Made by a program: the position numbers and the translations under genes. DNA of 64,000 nt from the human T2T-CHM13v2.0 reference genome, Homo sapiens. Below, piece after piece: positions 29,213 through 40,891 of the stretch (position 1 is the stretch's first letter; each line of letters starts with the position of its first letter). Under the pieces are notes generated by a model. That model saw only the letters and a program-made list of their open reading frames with translations. It did not search any database and was not told the DNA's origin. The stretch is taken from assembly GCF_009914755.1 (NCBI RefSeq), contig NC_060932.1; one strand, given 5' to 3'.

Positions 29213-32200
29213 AAATCTCTTTCCCCGTGGATAATCTGTGATCTGACCAGTAGTCCTTATTTAAGTTCCGTTCTCAAAGTCTAACCTAGGCTGCATAGGG
29301 TCAGCTCAATGGATACACGAATAAAGGGTAAGTAAAGAATTTCAAAAGGGGGGCACTTTTCCAAGCTTCTTTCTCTCCACAACCTCTCTGGTATTTTCTG
29401 GCACACTGGGATCATCTTTTTGGTTCTCTGGCCAGAAAGGTAGGACTTTACCCTGATCTTCTGTGTACCTTCCTACAACTCTGGGACAAACAATGAGAGG
29501 TCAGAAGGAAAGAAAAACAACATGGATATGCACAACACTCTTGGAAACACAGCTCTTCCAATTAGAAAGAAGGCTTCCCTCCTTTAGAGTTACAGGCTCT
29601 TGAAGTCAAAATGATGCCTGTGCCATAAAAATGCTTGGCGGCTAAGGAAGAAGAGAATAAAGGAAAGACAAACAACAATGGGGAATTTACTTCAGAAGGT
29701 TGTCACCATTGATATTCAAACTCTACTTACTCAACTCTGCCTATGCATATGCACACACACACACACACACACACACTCAAAACATACCTAGAAACACATC
29801 AACATTGTTTGACAAGGTTTTACATAAGGTCTTCTTTATCCTTTTCCACTAGAGTTTAATCTGAGGACAGCATTGTCAATCCATAGGAAAAAAATTGTGA
29901 ATGTAAGTGAACTCTTTTGGTTATGAGATTGGCAGATAGAAAACTTTCACTCCTTTTTTCAGCATGCAAGCCTAATTTTTCCTGGAATTGGTGCCAATTT
30001 ACTCATGAAAGGATAACTATACGAATCCTTCCTACCCATCCCCTGTAGTGGAATGCATTCGCTCTAAATCATGATGTTCCTGCCAAAAAATATATTTTTC
30101 TGAGGTACGATTATTTGCAAAATACGTGATTGTAGCCTGTAGCTTGAAAACCATCATGTCACTTTCTTCTGTCTAGGTATTTGACAAATTAATCACTGTG
30201 AATAGTTTAACTCAGTGAATAGCCAGAATGCTGATTCTTTTGGAGGTTAGGCAACTCGGAAGGACTTGACATATTTTTTAGGCATGATGATTTCTGTAAT
30301 AGCTGATCCTATTATTTATAAGCTTTAAGAGGCAGTGACATATCAATAAACAAATGCCTTAAAAATCAGTTTCCTTTGGATCCAGAATGTTTTTAACAAT
30401 TTTCTATTAAAGAACATGGCATATACAAAATCTGTTTTATTGGTATTTTCAAATATCACCCCCAAGTTTCAGTATTTGCAGGACATTTGGAAATGTTTAT
30501 AAGCAAAATTTTTGTGTCTCTAAATGAGCATAATAAAATCTAAAATAAAAACACACTTGTTGGCACAAAAGCTGTCATGTTTCATGTAGCTTTTCCTTTC
30601 CTAATTGGAAGAGAAAAATATAGAAATTGCAGGGTAGTTTGCATCCATCTTCACAAAAGGTGTTGAAGGAATAATTTTGGAAAATCAAGTTTATATACAG
30701 TTCTCTTGGTATTTAGCATTTCTTGCACACATACACATGTTCATGATTATGGACTACTATTTGCCAATAGTAGAAAATATTGATTTGATTTACCTCGTCT
30801 AAGAAAAAGAGAAAGAACTCAGACTGTGAATATTTTAGAATGACAAAATGATATTTTAGAATTATGATTAAAGTTGTGACTTGTTTTATATCCAATATAA
30901 ATTTACTTAAAATGTATTTCTTACTTCTTGATATAAAACTTTATGTTGTAAGCTTTATGGTAAATCTTTTCAGAGAAACTGGGACATGCAGCAGAGATGG
31001 CTAGTGGCTTGTCCACTATCCATTCTTATGTTATTTCTTTTATTATGGATTCCCTATGTTCTTAGAAGATCACAACGAACCTAGCTAAAAATTTTCCATC
31101 ATTAGGTAAGTCTTTTGTGAAAGCTCCTAAATATGTCTCTGGTAACAAATTCCTTCTTTTTCTCTTGCTAATTTCTCCCTTCATTCAGCATGAATTACAT
31201 GCATAAATACTGGACCTCCAGCGATCATCTTGAGGGTGTGAAAAGAGCTTGCAGATGCAAACTACATAATAAGAAAACACAACAGAAAGATGTAAGGAGC
31301 CATGGTCAATTAGGTCATCGTGATACCACATTACAATGCTGGGCTGCTTATCACTGCAATTTTATTATGAAGAGGAGAAAAAAATAAATTTTATTGAAGT
31401 TGTTTCATTGTATCTCTGTTATTGTATCAGCCAAATTGATTTTCTAGCAGATACAAGATATGTAGTGTATACCAGTTGTTGTCTTTCTATAACAGTAATT
31501 TTCCTTTGGTGGAAAAGTTTGCTTCCACTATGCATGATTTTAATAAATATAATCTTTCTTTGGAGCCTGTCTTTCTTTCCATTATCGATCAGCTCATAGT
31601 GTACATTTGAATTAAGCTCTGTAAAACAGCACAATTCATCCTTACCCCCAGCCTAAATATTCATCTTACAGTGAGCATGTGTATAAATTGTACCTGTTGA
31701 AAGATTTTCAGGATCTGTGCACTTAGCATGAGAGAGAAAGATAGAAAAAAAAATTATACTCTCTCCCATAGGTGGTGTTATGAAGAAAGATGGGGTCTAC
31801 TAGGGGCCCTATTTCCTATCCAACATAGAGCAGACCTGAGAAAATGAAGTATACTCAGAAAGAAATCAGGTTTAAGATACTGGAAGAAAAAGGAGAGTTC
31901 TGGTATTTTTCAAGTCCTTAGTGCCAGTTGTCCCTGAAGCTAAATTACACTTTTTTACAATAGATTCCATCTTGTATTTCTTTTACCTAAGCTTCTTGGG
32001 ATGCAGGTACTTGTCATTTGCTTTCAAAACATAATAACCTAGTAGACTAATTTGAATCATTTTCATTGTTTACATAGAATACAAATGCATGTTCATTTTG
32101 GTTTAGAGATTCCTTGATTTATAACTTAACTTGGACAATAAGTGATTGACTCTTAAATTAGCTCTTGCCAGAGGCCTTCATTGTTGAAAAAGTTTAAGAT

Positions 32201-33042
32201 GTTGTTCATTCTTATTCACATTCTGAGGTCAGTATTTTATCCCAAGTCTTACACTTTGTCTTGAATTTTGTATTCTTTCTCAATATCTGAATTTTGTTTG
32301 TTTGTATGTTTACATTTTCTTCTTCACTGTGTGTTTGTTTCCTGGCCGTCTATCTACTTGACTCAATATGAAGGGGGAAGACATGTTCTCTCATTATTCT
32401 ATATTTATTTACCTAACTAAAAATTCTTAGGTGTCAATGAAGGGACCAAATGAGGCAGGCGATTACAAATATGACCAAGACACAGTAATAGAGTGATTAC
32501 TTTTAATGTGCTTAAAGACAAGTGCATACAGTTATGTAAAGATAAATGCCAATAAATACTGATGCTAGAAACAATTACAAGGAGCCATGGGGTATGAAAA
32601 AGGAAGTGGTCAATTTACCTTAGAATGGAGGAGTGTTCAGTAAAGACTTCAAACAAAAGCCATACTGGAACAAAATCTTCAAAGATAAGTGGAGATAAGT
32701 GGTTAAGGCAAATTGTTTTCTTCATAGAATTTTCAATAGTTTATCCAGTCTGAAGATTAGGGTAAATTTTGGGGATGGGTGACAAATCAAGAAATAGCAT
32801 TGGGTAACTAAGCAGCAGCAAGATCATAGATGCAGTGGTATACTTTGCCAAGAATGGATATTTCCCTATTAGGAACCATTGAATGGTTTCAACAAGTTGA
32901 CCCTGATTACAATGTAGCTTAATTAAGTTACGTGTTTTGAAAGCTGGAGTAAGAATGTGCCAGTGCGGATGAGCGGAGTGGATACATTTAAGAAACCATA
33001 AGGATACTAGAAAACCAGAAACTATAATACTTAGTAGACACA

Positions 33043-33329
33043 TGTGGTTGATCAAACATGGCCACAGATTCTTTGCATCTACTCAGAGTTGGAGTTTCCT
33101 GTCTTTCAATATGGGTTTGTCTGTATGGCTGATTTGACTAAAAGAGTGCAGGAGACGTGATACAATGCTATTTTCATACATAGGCCTTGGGGAAAATAAT
33201 GTGTTACTCCCTGATCCTTGGAACACCCTCTATGAAAGCACTGAGCTACATTGTAGGCAGTCCAACCACTCTAAAATCACAAAACATAGATGTTCTGATA
33301 AACAATTCCATCAAGCCCAGTTTTCTAGC
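33043..33329 (+). mobile_element. MLT1G-like MaLR LTR, 5' part, interrupted by HERV-L
   Basis: TGTGGTTGATCAAACATGGCCACAGATTCTTTG start; CTGAGCTACATTGTAGGCAGTCCAACCACTCT; stops mid-element at AGCCCAGTTTTCTAGC. Confidence 0.7.
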
Positions 33330-33716
33330 TGTGATAGTTAATACTGAGTGTCAACCTGAATGGATTGAAGGATGCAAAGTATTGATCCTGGATGTGTCAA
33401 TAAGGATGTTGCCAAAGGAGATTAACATTTGAGTCAGTGGGCTGGGAAAGGCAGACCCACCCTTAATCTGGGTAGGCACCATCTGATAAGCTGCCAGCAT
33501 GGCTAGATATAAGAAGCAGGTGGAAAACTGTGAAAAGACAAGACTAGCCTAGACTCCTAGCCTACATCTTTCTCCCATGCTGGATGCTTCCTGCCCTGGT
33601 ATATTGAACTCCAAGTTCTTCAGTTTTGGGACTTGGACTGGCTCTCCTTACTCCTCAGTTTGCAGACAGCCTATTGTGGGACCTCGTGATCCTGTGAGTT
33701 AATACTTAATAAACTC

Positions 33717-33754
<38 letters not shown>

Positions 33755-33756
33755 GA
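33330..33756 (+). mobile_element. MLT2A 5' LTR of HERV-L (U5 end lost, replaced by (TA)n(GA)n)
   Basis: TGTGATAGTTAATACTGAGTGTCAAC...GGCAGACCCACCCTTAATCTGGG...GAGTTAATACTTAATAAACTC. Followed by Leu-type PBS remnant TGGTACAGGAGTGGTTC at 33762. Confidence 0.93.
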
Positions 33757-36700
33757 GTTTTTGGTACAGGAGTGGTTCTAGAGGAACAGAATATTAAGAA
33801 TGGAGTTCTTTCGTTGGTTCTGGGGTTTTAGGAGTTGGCTGCTTAATATGATTAGACCCCAAAATGTTAAGGCCTCTACTTCTAATAGTATGGAGAACAC
33901 TGATAGTCATTGGCAGGCATTAACTGTTTAGAGAGTTATGCAAAATAAATGCATTTGACACTCGTGATTCACTGCTCATGAGTGGCAAGGAGTTTAATGA
34001 CTCCATACATAATAACTTTGACCATATGTGAAGAACCAAGGAACATAATGAAGCTGGTTGGTTGCTCCTAAGTTCAGTGGACAAAGTGATGAAAGACAAT
34101 GATGAACTCAGGATTCCATCTCCTAGCTTCAGAAGCAGATGCTGAGCCTGACATCTGCTAAGATTGCCCTGAGTGAGAGTCTTATCTCCTGTAGAGAAAG
34201 AGCTGAAATTGTGGAAAAACAGATACAAACTCTTATCATGTGAGTGGCTGACCTGCAATGAAAGGTGCATGCACAGCCTCACCAGGTATCTACTGTTACA
34301 GTAAGGGCATTGATTGGAAAAGAATGGGACCCAGCAACTTGTAACGGGGATGTGTGGGAGGACCCTGCTGAAGCTGGGGACACTGAGTTTGTAACTCTGA
34401 TGAACATTTCTGCCAGAAGAAACAGCTTCCCCATCCCCAGTAGTGGCAACATCCCCTCTTTGACCCATGCTGCCATCAATCTTTTCACCTTTGCCTAAGA
34501 AATAAACCCTGCGCTGCCTGAGACAACAGTGATGGCCTTCTCTGAGGCAGTTGCCAGGAAAGATAATGTAAGTTCTCCTTGGGAACCACCCACAACACCC
34601 CTGTTTGCTTTTAGACCTATAACTAAAGTCTCGGCAGGCCCCAAGAGGTGAGTTTGAGAGTGTGACCCATGAGGAGGTGTGCTATACTCAAAAAGAACTG
34701 CTTGAGTTTTCTAATTTTGAACTGCTTCTGTTTCCCAGAAATCTGTAGAACAGGCATGGGAATGTATATTAAGGGTGTGGGATAATGGAGGAAGAACATA
34801 GAGTTGGATCAGCCTGAATTTATTGATTTGCATCCACTAAGTAGGGACTCTGCATTTAATGTTACAGCATGGGGAGTTAAGAAGGTTCTAATAGTTTATA
34901 TGCTTTGTTAGCTGAAATATGGATTAAAAGATGGCCCATTGTGAATGAGCTGGAAATGCCTGATCTCCCTTGGTTTAATGTAGAGGAAGGGATCCAAAGG
35001 CTTAGGGAGATTGGGATACTCTTCCCAACTGGGAGGGTCCTGAAGATATACTCTTCACTATTGTCTTGCAAAATAGATGTATGAGGGTAGCACCTGCATC
35101 TTTGAAGAGCCCAGTAATTGCTCTTCTCTGTATGTCAAATCTAACAGTGGGAACCGTGGTCACTCAACCACAAAATTTAAATACAATGGGAATAATTAGA
35201 TCCTGAGGTGGCAGGGACTAAGTGGCAGCACTCAACCGTCAAAGGCATGGTGGGCATAGCTACCGTAATGGACAGCAGAGGCAAAGTGGGAATCAGAATA
35301 GTCTGACTTGTGTAGAGCTCTGGCATTAGCTAATTAATCACAGTGTTCCTAGAAGTGAAATTGATAGGAAGCTGCATTTCCTACTTAATTAATACAAGCA
35401 GAAAACTTCTAGGTCGAATGGACAAAAGACTAATTTAAATTATAAAAACAGAAATCACAGCCCCTCAATCAATTTCCAGACTTAAGCCAGTTTACAGAGC
35501 CAGAACCCCTTGAATAAAGTGGAGGCCGGGTCCCCTTAAGAAAGGACACCACTACATTAGTAAAAATTTATGCTGTCAATCTTTCTCCCATCCTTCCTCA
35601 ACGAGACCTCTGGCCTTTTACCAAGGAAACTGTCCATTAGGGAAAGGACAAAGACATTTCAGGGACTACTGGACACTGGCTCTGAGCTGACATTGATTCC
35701 AGGGGACCCAAAACATCATTGTGGTCCTCCAGTTAAGGTTGGGGCTTACAGAGGTCCAATAATTCATAGAGTTTTCGCTCAGGTCCAACTTACAGTGTGT
35801 CCAGTGTACCCCCGGACTCATCCTGTGATTATTTCTCCAGTGCCAGAATGCATAATTGGCACAGACATACATAGCAGCTGATAGAACCCCATATCGGCTC
35901 CCTGACTGGTAGGGTGAGGGGTACTATGGTGGGAAAGGCCACTTGGAAGCCATTAGACCTGCCTCTAGCTAGAAAAATGTCAATCAGAACCAATATCTCA
36001 TCCCCGGAGGGATTGCAGAGATTAGTGCCACCATCAAGGAATCAAAAGATGCAGGGGTGGTGATTCCCACCACTTCCCCATTCAACTCTCCAATTTTGCC
36101 TGTGCAGAAGACAGATGGATCTTGGAGAATAACCGTGGATTATTATTAGCTTAACCAAGTGGTGACTCCAATTGCAGCTGCAGTGACTCCAATAGCATAT
36201 GTGATTTCATTGCTTGAGCAAATTAACATATCTCCTGGTACCTGGTATGCAGCCACTGACTTGGCAAATGTCTTTTTCACCATTCCTGTCCATAAGGACC
36301 ACCAGAAGCAATCTGCCTTCATCTAGCAAGGCCAGAAATGTACCTCTACTATCCTACCTCAGGAGTATATCAACTCTCTGGCTTTGTGTCATAATCTTAT
36401 TCAGAGAGACCTCAATCGTTTTTCGCTTCTGCAACATATCACACTGGTCCTTTACATTGATGACATTATGCTGACTGGATCCAGTGAGCAAGAAGTAGCA
36501 AACACTGGACTTACTGATGAGACATTTGCATGCCACAGGATGGAAAATAAATCCGAATAAAATTCAGGGACCTTCTACCTCAGTAAAATTTCTAGGGGTA
36601 CAGTTGTGTGGGGCCTTTTGAGAAATTCCTTCTAAGGTAAAGGATAAGTTGCTGCATTCGGCCCCTCCAACAACCAAGAAACAGGCATAAAGCCCTGTGA

Positions 36701-36960
36701 ACCTGTTTGGATTTTGGAGGCAACACATTCCTCATCTTGTGTTACTCCAGCCCTCTATTTATTGAGTGACCCGAAAGGCTGCCAGTTTTAGTGGGGTCCA
36801 GAACAGGAGAAGGCTCTGCAATAGGTCCAGGCTGTTGTGCAAGCTGCTCTACCACTTGGGCCATACGATCCAGCAGATCCAGTGGTGCTTCAGGTGTCAG
36901 TGACAGATAATGAAGCTATTTGGGGCCTTTGGCAGACCCTCACTGGTGAAACACAAAGAA
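33757..36960 (+). mobile_element. HERV-L internal, 5' part (gag, protease, RT), defective
   Basis: gag VRALIGKEWDPATCNGDVWED; protease LLDTGSELTLIPGDP (~35665); RT YIDD (TACATTGATGAC ~36453); tether LGPYDPADP. Ends at ...GAAACACAAAGAA. Confidence 0.93.
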
Positions 36961-38690
36961 GGTTGTGCACTTTGCATGGGAGGAGAAATGGCCAGATGTG
37001 TGATCATATACTAATTCACGGGCTGTAGCGGGTGGTTTGGCTGGATGATCAGGGACTCGGAAGAAGCGTGATTAGAAAATTGGTGATAAAGAAATTTGGG
37101 AAAGATGTATGTGGATGGATCTCACTGAGTGGTCAAAAACTGTGAAGATGTTTGTATTCTATGTGAGTGCTCACCAATGGGTGACCTCAGCAGAGGAGGA
37201 TTTTAATAATCAAGTGGATGTGATGACCAGTTCTGTGGACACCATTCAGCCTCTTTCTCCAGGCACCCCTGTCATTGCCCAATGGGCCCATGAACAGAGT
37301 GGCCATGGTGGCAGGGATGGAGGTTACAAATGGCCTCAGCAACATGGACTTCCACTCATCAAGGCTGACCTGGCTATGGCCACTGCTGAGTGCCCAATTT
37401 GCCAGCAGCAGAGACCAACATTGAGCTCTCAATATGGCACCAGTCCTTGGGGTGATCAGACAGCTACCAAGCAGCAGGTTGTTATATTGGACATCTTTTC
37501 TTATAAAAAGGGCAGAGATTTGTCCTCACTGAAATAGACACTTACTCTGGATATGGGTTTGCCTATCCTGCATGCAATGCTTCTGCCAAGACTACCATCC
37601 ATGGAATCACAGAATGCCTTATCCACCATCATGGTATTCCATACAGCATTGCTTCTAACCAAGGCACTCACTTTACAGCTAAAGAAGTGCAGCAGTGGGC
37701 TCATGCTCATGGAATTCAGTGGTCTTACCATGTTCCGCATCACCCTGAAGCATCTGGATTGATAGAATGGTGGAATAGCCTTTTGAAGTCACAATTACTG
37801 TGCCAACTAGGTGAAAATACTTTGCAGGTCTGGGGCAAAATTCTGCAGAAGGCCATATATGCTCTGCATCAGCATCCAATATATGGTACTGTTTCTCCCA
37901 TCACTGAATTCACGGGTCCAGGAATCAAGGGATGGAAGTAGAAGTGGCACCACTCACCATTGCCCCTAGGGATCCACTAGCAAAATTTTTTTCTTTTTTT
38001 TTTTTATTATACTTTAAGTTCTAGGGTACATGTGCACAACATGCAGGTTTGATACATAGGTATACAATACTTTGAAGTTAAGCTGTTGCAATGTAATCTC
38101 AAATGATTCTAAGCCCTGGAAGTGTATCCTAGAGATGATGAAGTCTCGTTTGTCACATGTACTTACAAGGAAACAGGTTCCTTTAGGTGATGTGACTCAC
38201 CTCAAATTGCAGTGCTTTGTGTTAAGATCTAATTTAAAATGTTGTACTCGTTACAATCAAAAAAAGTCACTGAAAACCATGAGTAAATTCTGTAAAAAAT
38301 AACTGGACAATTTATCATATGTATACTGATTAGTACTATCATTTTCTTTCAAAAAGATTAATAAAATGTAAATACAAGCTTCATATACAAACATACTTTC
38401 CACATATGCTTAAGTCAATCCTCATAATACAAGTAGAATATAAATTTCAACTTATGATGAAATGAAATTACAGAAAATATATATTTCCTGTAAATTAGAT
38501 ATTGTATCATAAAGTAATGCACAAGAAATTGGCATAATTTAGTTGTACTGAGTACCTTTAAAGGCTGACTTCTACCTTGTAACTCAGACTCAAAGAATTC
38601 CATTTGAAAAGCTCCTCCTTAGAAGAGTGTGTATTTATTACATTTAATTTCCTCTAATATCCGTGTACACATATTTTTATATTTCTCCAG

Positions 38691-38813
38691 AAACACACAG
38701 ATGTCCAGAACAACATATCTACAAAGAATGTGGACCCTCCAACCCTGCAACTTGTTCTAATGTGGCTCCTTTTCAAGACAGTGAATGTGTGAGCGGCTGC
38801 ACCTGCCCAGAAG
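38691..38813 (+). pseudogene. MUC19: Orphan 123-nt exon encoding partial TIL (trypsin-inhibitor-like cysteine-rich) domain, gel-forming mucin MUC19-like
   Basis: Acceptor TTTTTATATTTCTCCAG| then (E)[40 protein letters not shown](G): open frame, 7 Cys in TIL spacing, phase 1-1. Followed by ATAGTA instead of GT. Gene identity is from recall of MUC19/submaxillary apomucin sequence, not a search. Confidence 0.75.
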
Positions 38814-38938
38814 ATAGTACACCAATGAGAGTATTTACACTAAAACAAAACAAAAGCTAAAGACAAAGTGGGACTCAAGTCATGTCAGAGTGGTGTCTTA
38901 TTTATAGCATGACATTCCCACAATTTAACTATTTCTAA

Positions 38939-39299
38939 TGTAGGGACATGGATGAAATTGGAAATCATCATTCTCAGTAAACTATCGCAAGGACAAAAAA
39001 CCAAACACCGCATGTTCTCACTCATAGGTGGGAATTGAACAATGAGAACCCATGGACACAGGAAGGGGAACATCACACTCTGGGGACTGTTGTGGGGTGG
39101 GGGGAGGGGGGAGGGATAGCATTAGGAGATATACCTAATGCTAAATGACGAGTTAATGGGTGCAGCACACCAGCATGGCACACGTATACATATGTAATTA
39201 ATCTGCACATTGTGCACATGTACCCTAAAACTTAAAGTATAATAATAATAAAATAAAATAAAATAAATAACTCCTTAAAAAATAAAAATAAAAAAAAAA
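38939..39299 (+). mobile_element. Young L1PA (PA2/PA3-like) 3' fragment with double A-rich tail
   Basis: TGTAGGGACATGGATGAAATTGGAAATCATCATTCTCAGTAAACTATCGCAAGG...GGGGTGGGGGGAGGGGGGAGGG...TAAAACTTAAAGTATAATAA, then (AAAAT)n CTCCTT A-rich run. Confidence 0.92.
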
Positions 39300-40155
39300 T
39301 TCTCTCTAACTCTCCTCTGCAGTTTCCACTAGCAAAATTTTTGATTCCTGTTCCCATGGCATTAGTTTCTGCTGGCCTAGAGGTGTTAGTTCCAGATGGC
39401 GGAATGCTGCCACCAGGAGACACAATGATTCCATTAAACTGGAAGTTAAGATTGCCACCTGGACACTTTCCGCTCCTCCTATGTTTAAGTCAACAGGCTA
39501 AGAAGGGAGTTACAGTCCTAGCTGGGGTGATTGACCCAGACTCTCAAGATTAAATCAGTCTACTACTCCGCAATGGAGGTTAGGATGAGTATGCACAGAA
39601 TATAGGAGATCCTTTAGGGGTCTCTTAGTATTACCATTCCCTGTGATTAAGGTCAATGGGAAACTACAACAGCCCAATTCAGGCAGGACTACAAATGTCC
39701 TAGACCCTTCAGGAATGAAGGTTTGGATACTCCACCAGGAAAAAAAAAAACATGACCTGCTGAGATACTAGCTGATGGCAAAGGGAGTACAGAATGGGTA
39801 GTAGAAGAAGGTAGTCATCATTACCAGCTGCAGAAACGAGGACTGTACACATTAAGAGTATTTCCTCCTTCTTTTGTGAAAACATGTTTGTGCACGTATA
39901 CACGTGTACTAAGAAAATATCTTCATTTTATTTCCTTTCTCCTTTATCATATGACATAAGATTTATTGACTTCTTATCAGCATTTAAGTATTGTTAACTT
40001 TATGTAACAAAAAGTTGGGGACTGGTACATTTCTGGTTGTATGAAGTACAGTTTTATTATGTTAGGTGTAATTATGATCTTATTATTCACCATATTTGAA
40101 GATTATTTATGATCCCAGAAGATGTGTATGGGTTTAAGTTGACAAGGGGTGGACT

Positions 40156-40891
40156 TGTGATAGTTAATTCTGAGTGTCAACTTGATTGGATTGAAAGATA
40201 CAAAATATTGATCCTGGATGCTTTTGTGAGGGTGTTGCCAAAGGAGATTAATATTTGAGTCAGTGATCTGAGAAAGGCAGATCCACCCTTAATCTGGGTG
40301 GGCACCATCTGATCAGCTGCCACCATGGCTAGAATATGAAAAGCAGGCAGAAAAATATGAAAAGATGAGACTGTTCTAGCCTCCCATTCTACCTCTTTCT
40401 CCTGTGCTGGATGCTTCCTGCCCTGGAACACTGGACTCCAAGTTGTTCAGTTTTGGGAATCAAACTGGCTCTCCTAACTCCTCAGTTTGCAGACAGCCTA
40501 TTGTGGAACCTTGTGATCATATGAGTTAATACTTAATAAATTCCCCTTTATATATATATACACATATATATATGTATATACACATATATATATATACACA
40601 CACACATATATATACACACACATATGTATATATATAAAGCACAGAACTCCCCTTATATATATAATATATAATTTATATATACATAAATATATATATAAAG
40701 GACAGAACTAATAGTAAATACATATTTTTTTCTCTAGACAGGGACAGAACTAATACATATAAAGCACAGAACTAATATATATAAAGCACATAACTAATAA
40801 CTATTATATATATTTATATATTATATATAAATAAATATAAATATAAATATATATATATATATGTTCTGTCCCTCTAGAGAACTCTAATACA
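40156..40891 (+). mobile_element. MLT2A 3' LTR with ~310-bp TA-rich expansion
   Basis: TGTGATAGTTAATTCTGAGTGTCAACTTGATTGGATTG start; ends GTTCTGTCCCTCTAGAGAACTCTAATACA; TA/CA-rich insert 40548-40862. Confidence 0.93.

Larger units (their letters stand above)
37973..39342 (-). mobile_element. L1-mediated composite insertion with 18-bp TSD
   Basis: TCCACTAGCAAAATTTTT at 37973-37990 and 39325-39342. Poly(T) plus ~60 nt of L1PA 3' end (TTATACTTTAAGTTCTAGGGTACATGTGCACAAC...TATACA) at 37991-38066. Nick context TTTTT/GA fits L1 endonuclease. Confidence 0.92.
36961..40155 (+). mobile_element. HERV-L internal, 3' part (C-terminal RNase H, integrase, dUTPase, PPT), interrupted by insertion 37991-39324
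   Basis: VVHFAWEEKWPDV...; integrase WAHEQSGHGG...AECPICQQ and HVPHHPEASGLIE; dUTPase SAGLEVLVP...AGVIDPD (39341-39553); PPT-like ACAAGGGGTGGACT before the LTR. Confidence 0.92.

Noticed and set aside
33920-34468. 182-aa minus-strand ORF
   Set aside because: Antisense to degenerate HERV-L gag, with no recognisable domain.
38663-38860. TIL exon as part of a resident mucin/otogelin gene spanning the window
   Set aside because: No other VWD/C8/TIL exons were seen in 64 kb, the donor is missing, and the exon is enclosed by TSDs within an ERV.
39300-39345. Acceptor-like CTCTAAC-TCTCCTCTGCAG at the insert end, in phase 0 with the HERV-L dUTPase frame (possible TIL-dUTPase fusion)
   Set aside because: The TIL exon ends in phase 1 and lacks a GT donor, the branch point is only ~13 nt from the AG, and the dUTPase frame stops at 39553.
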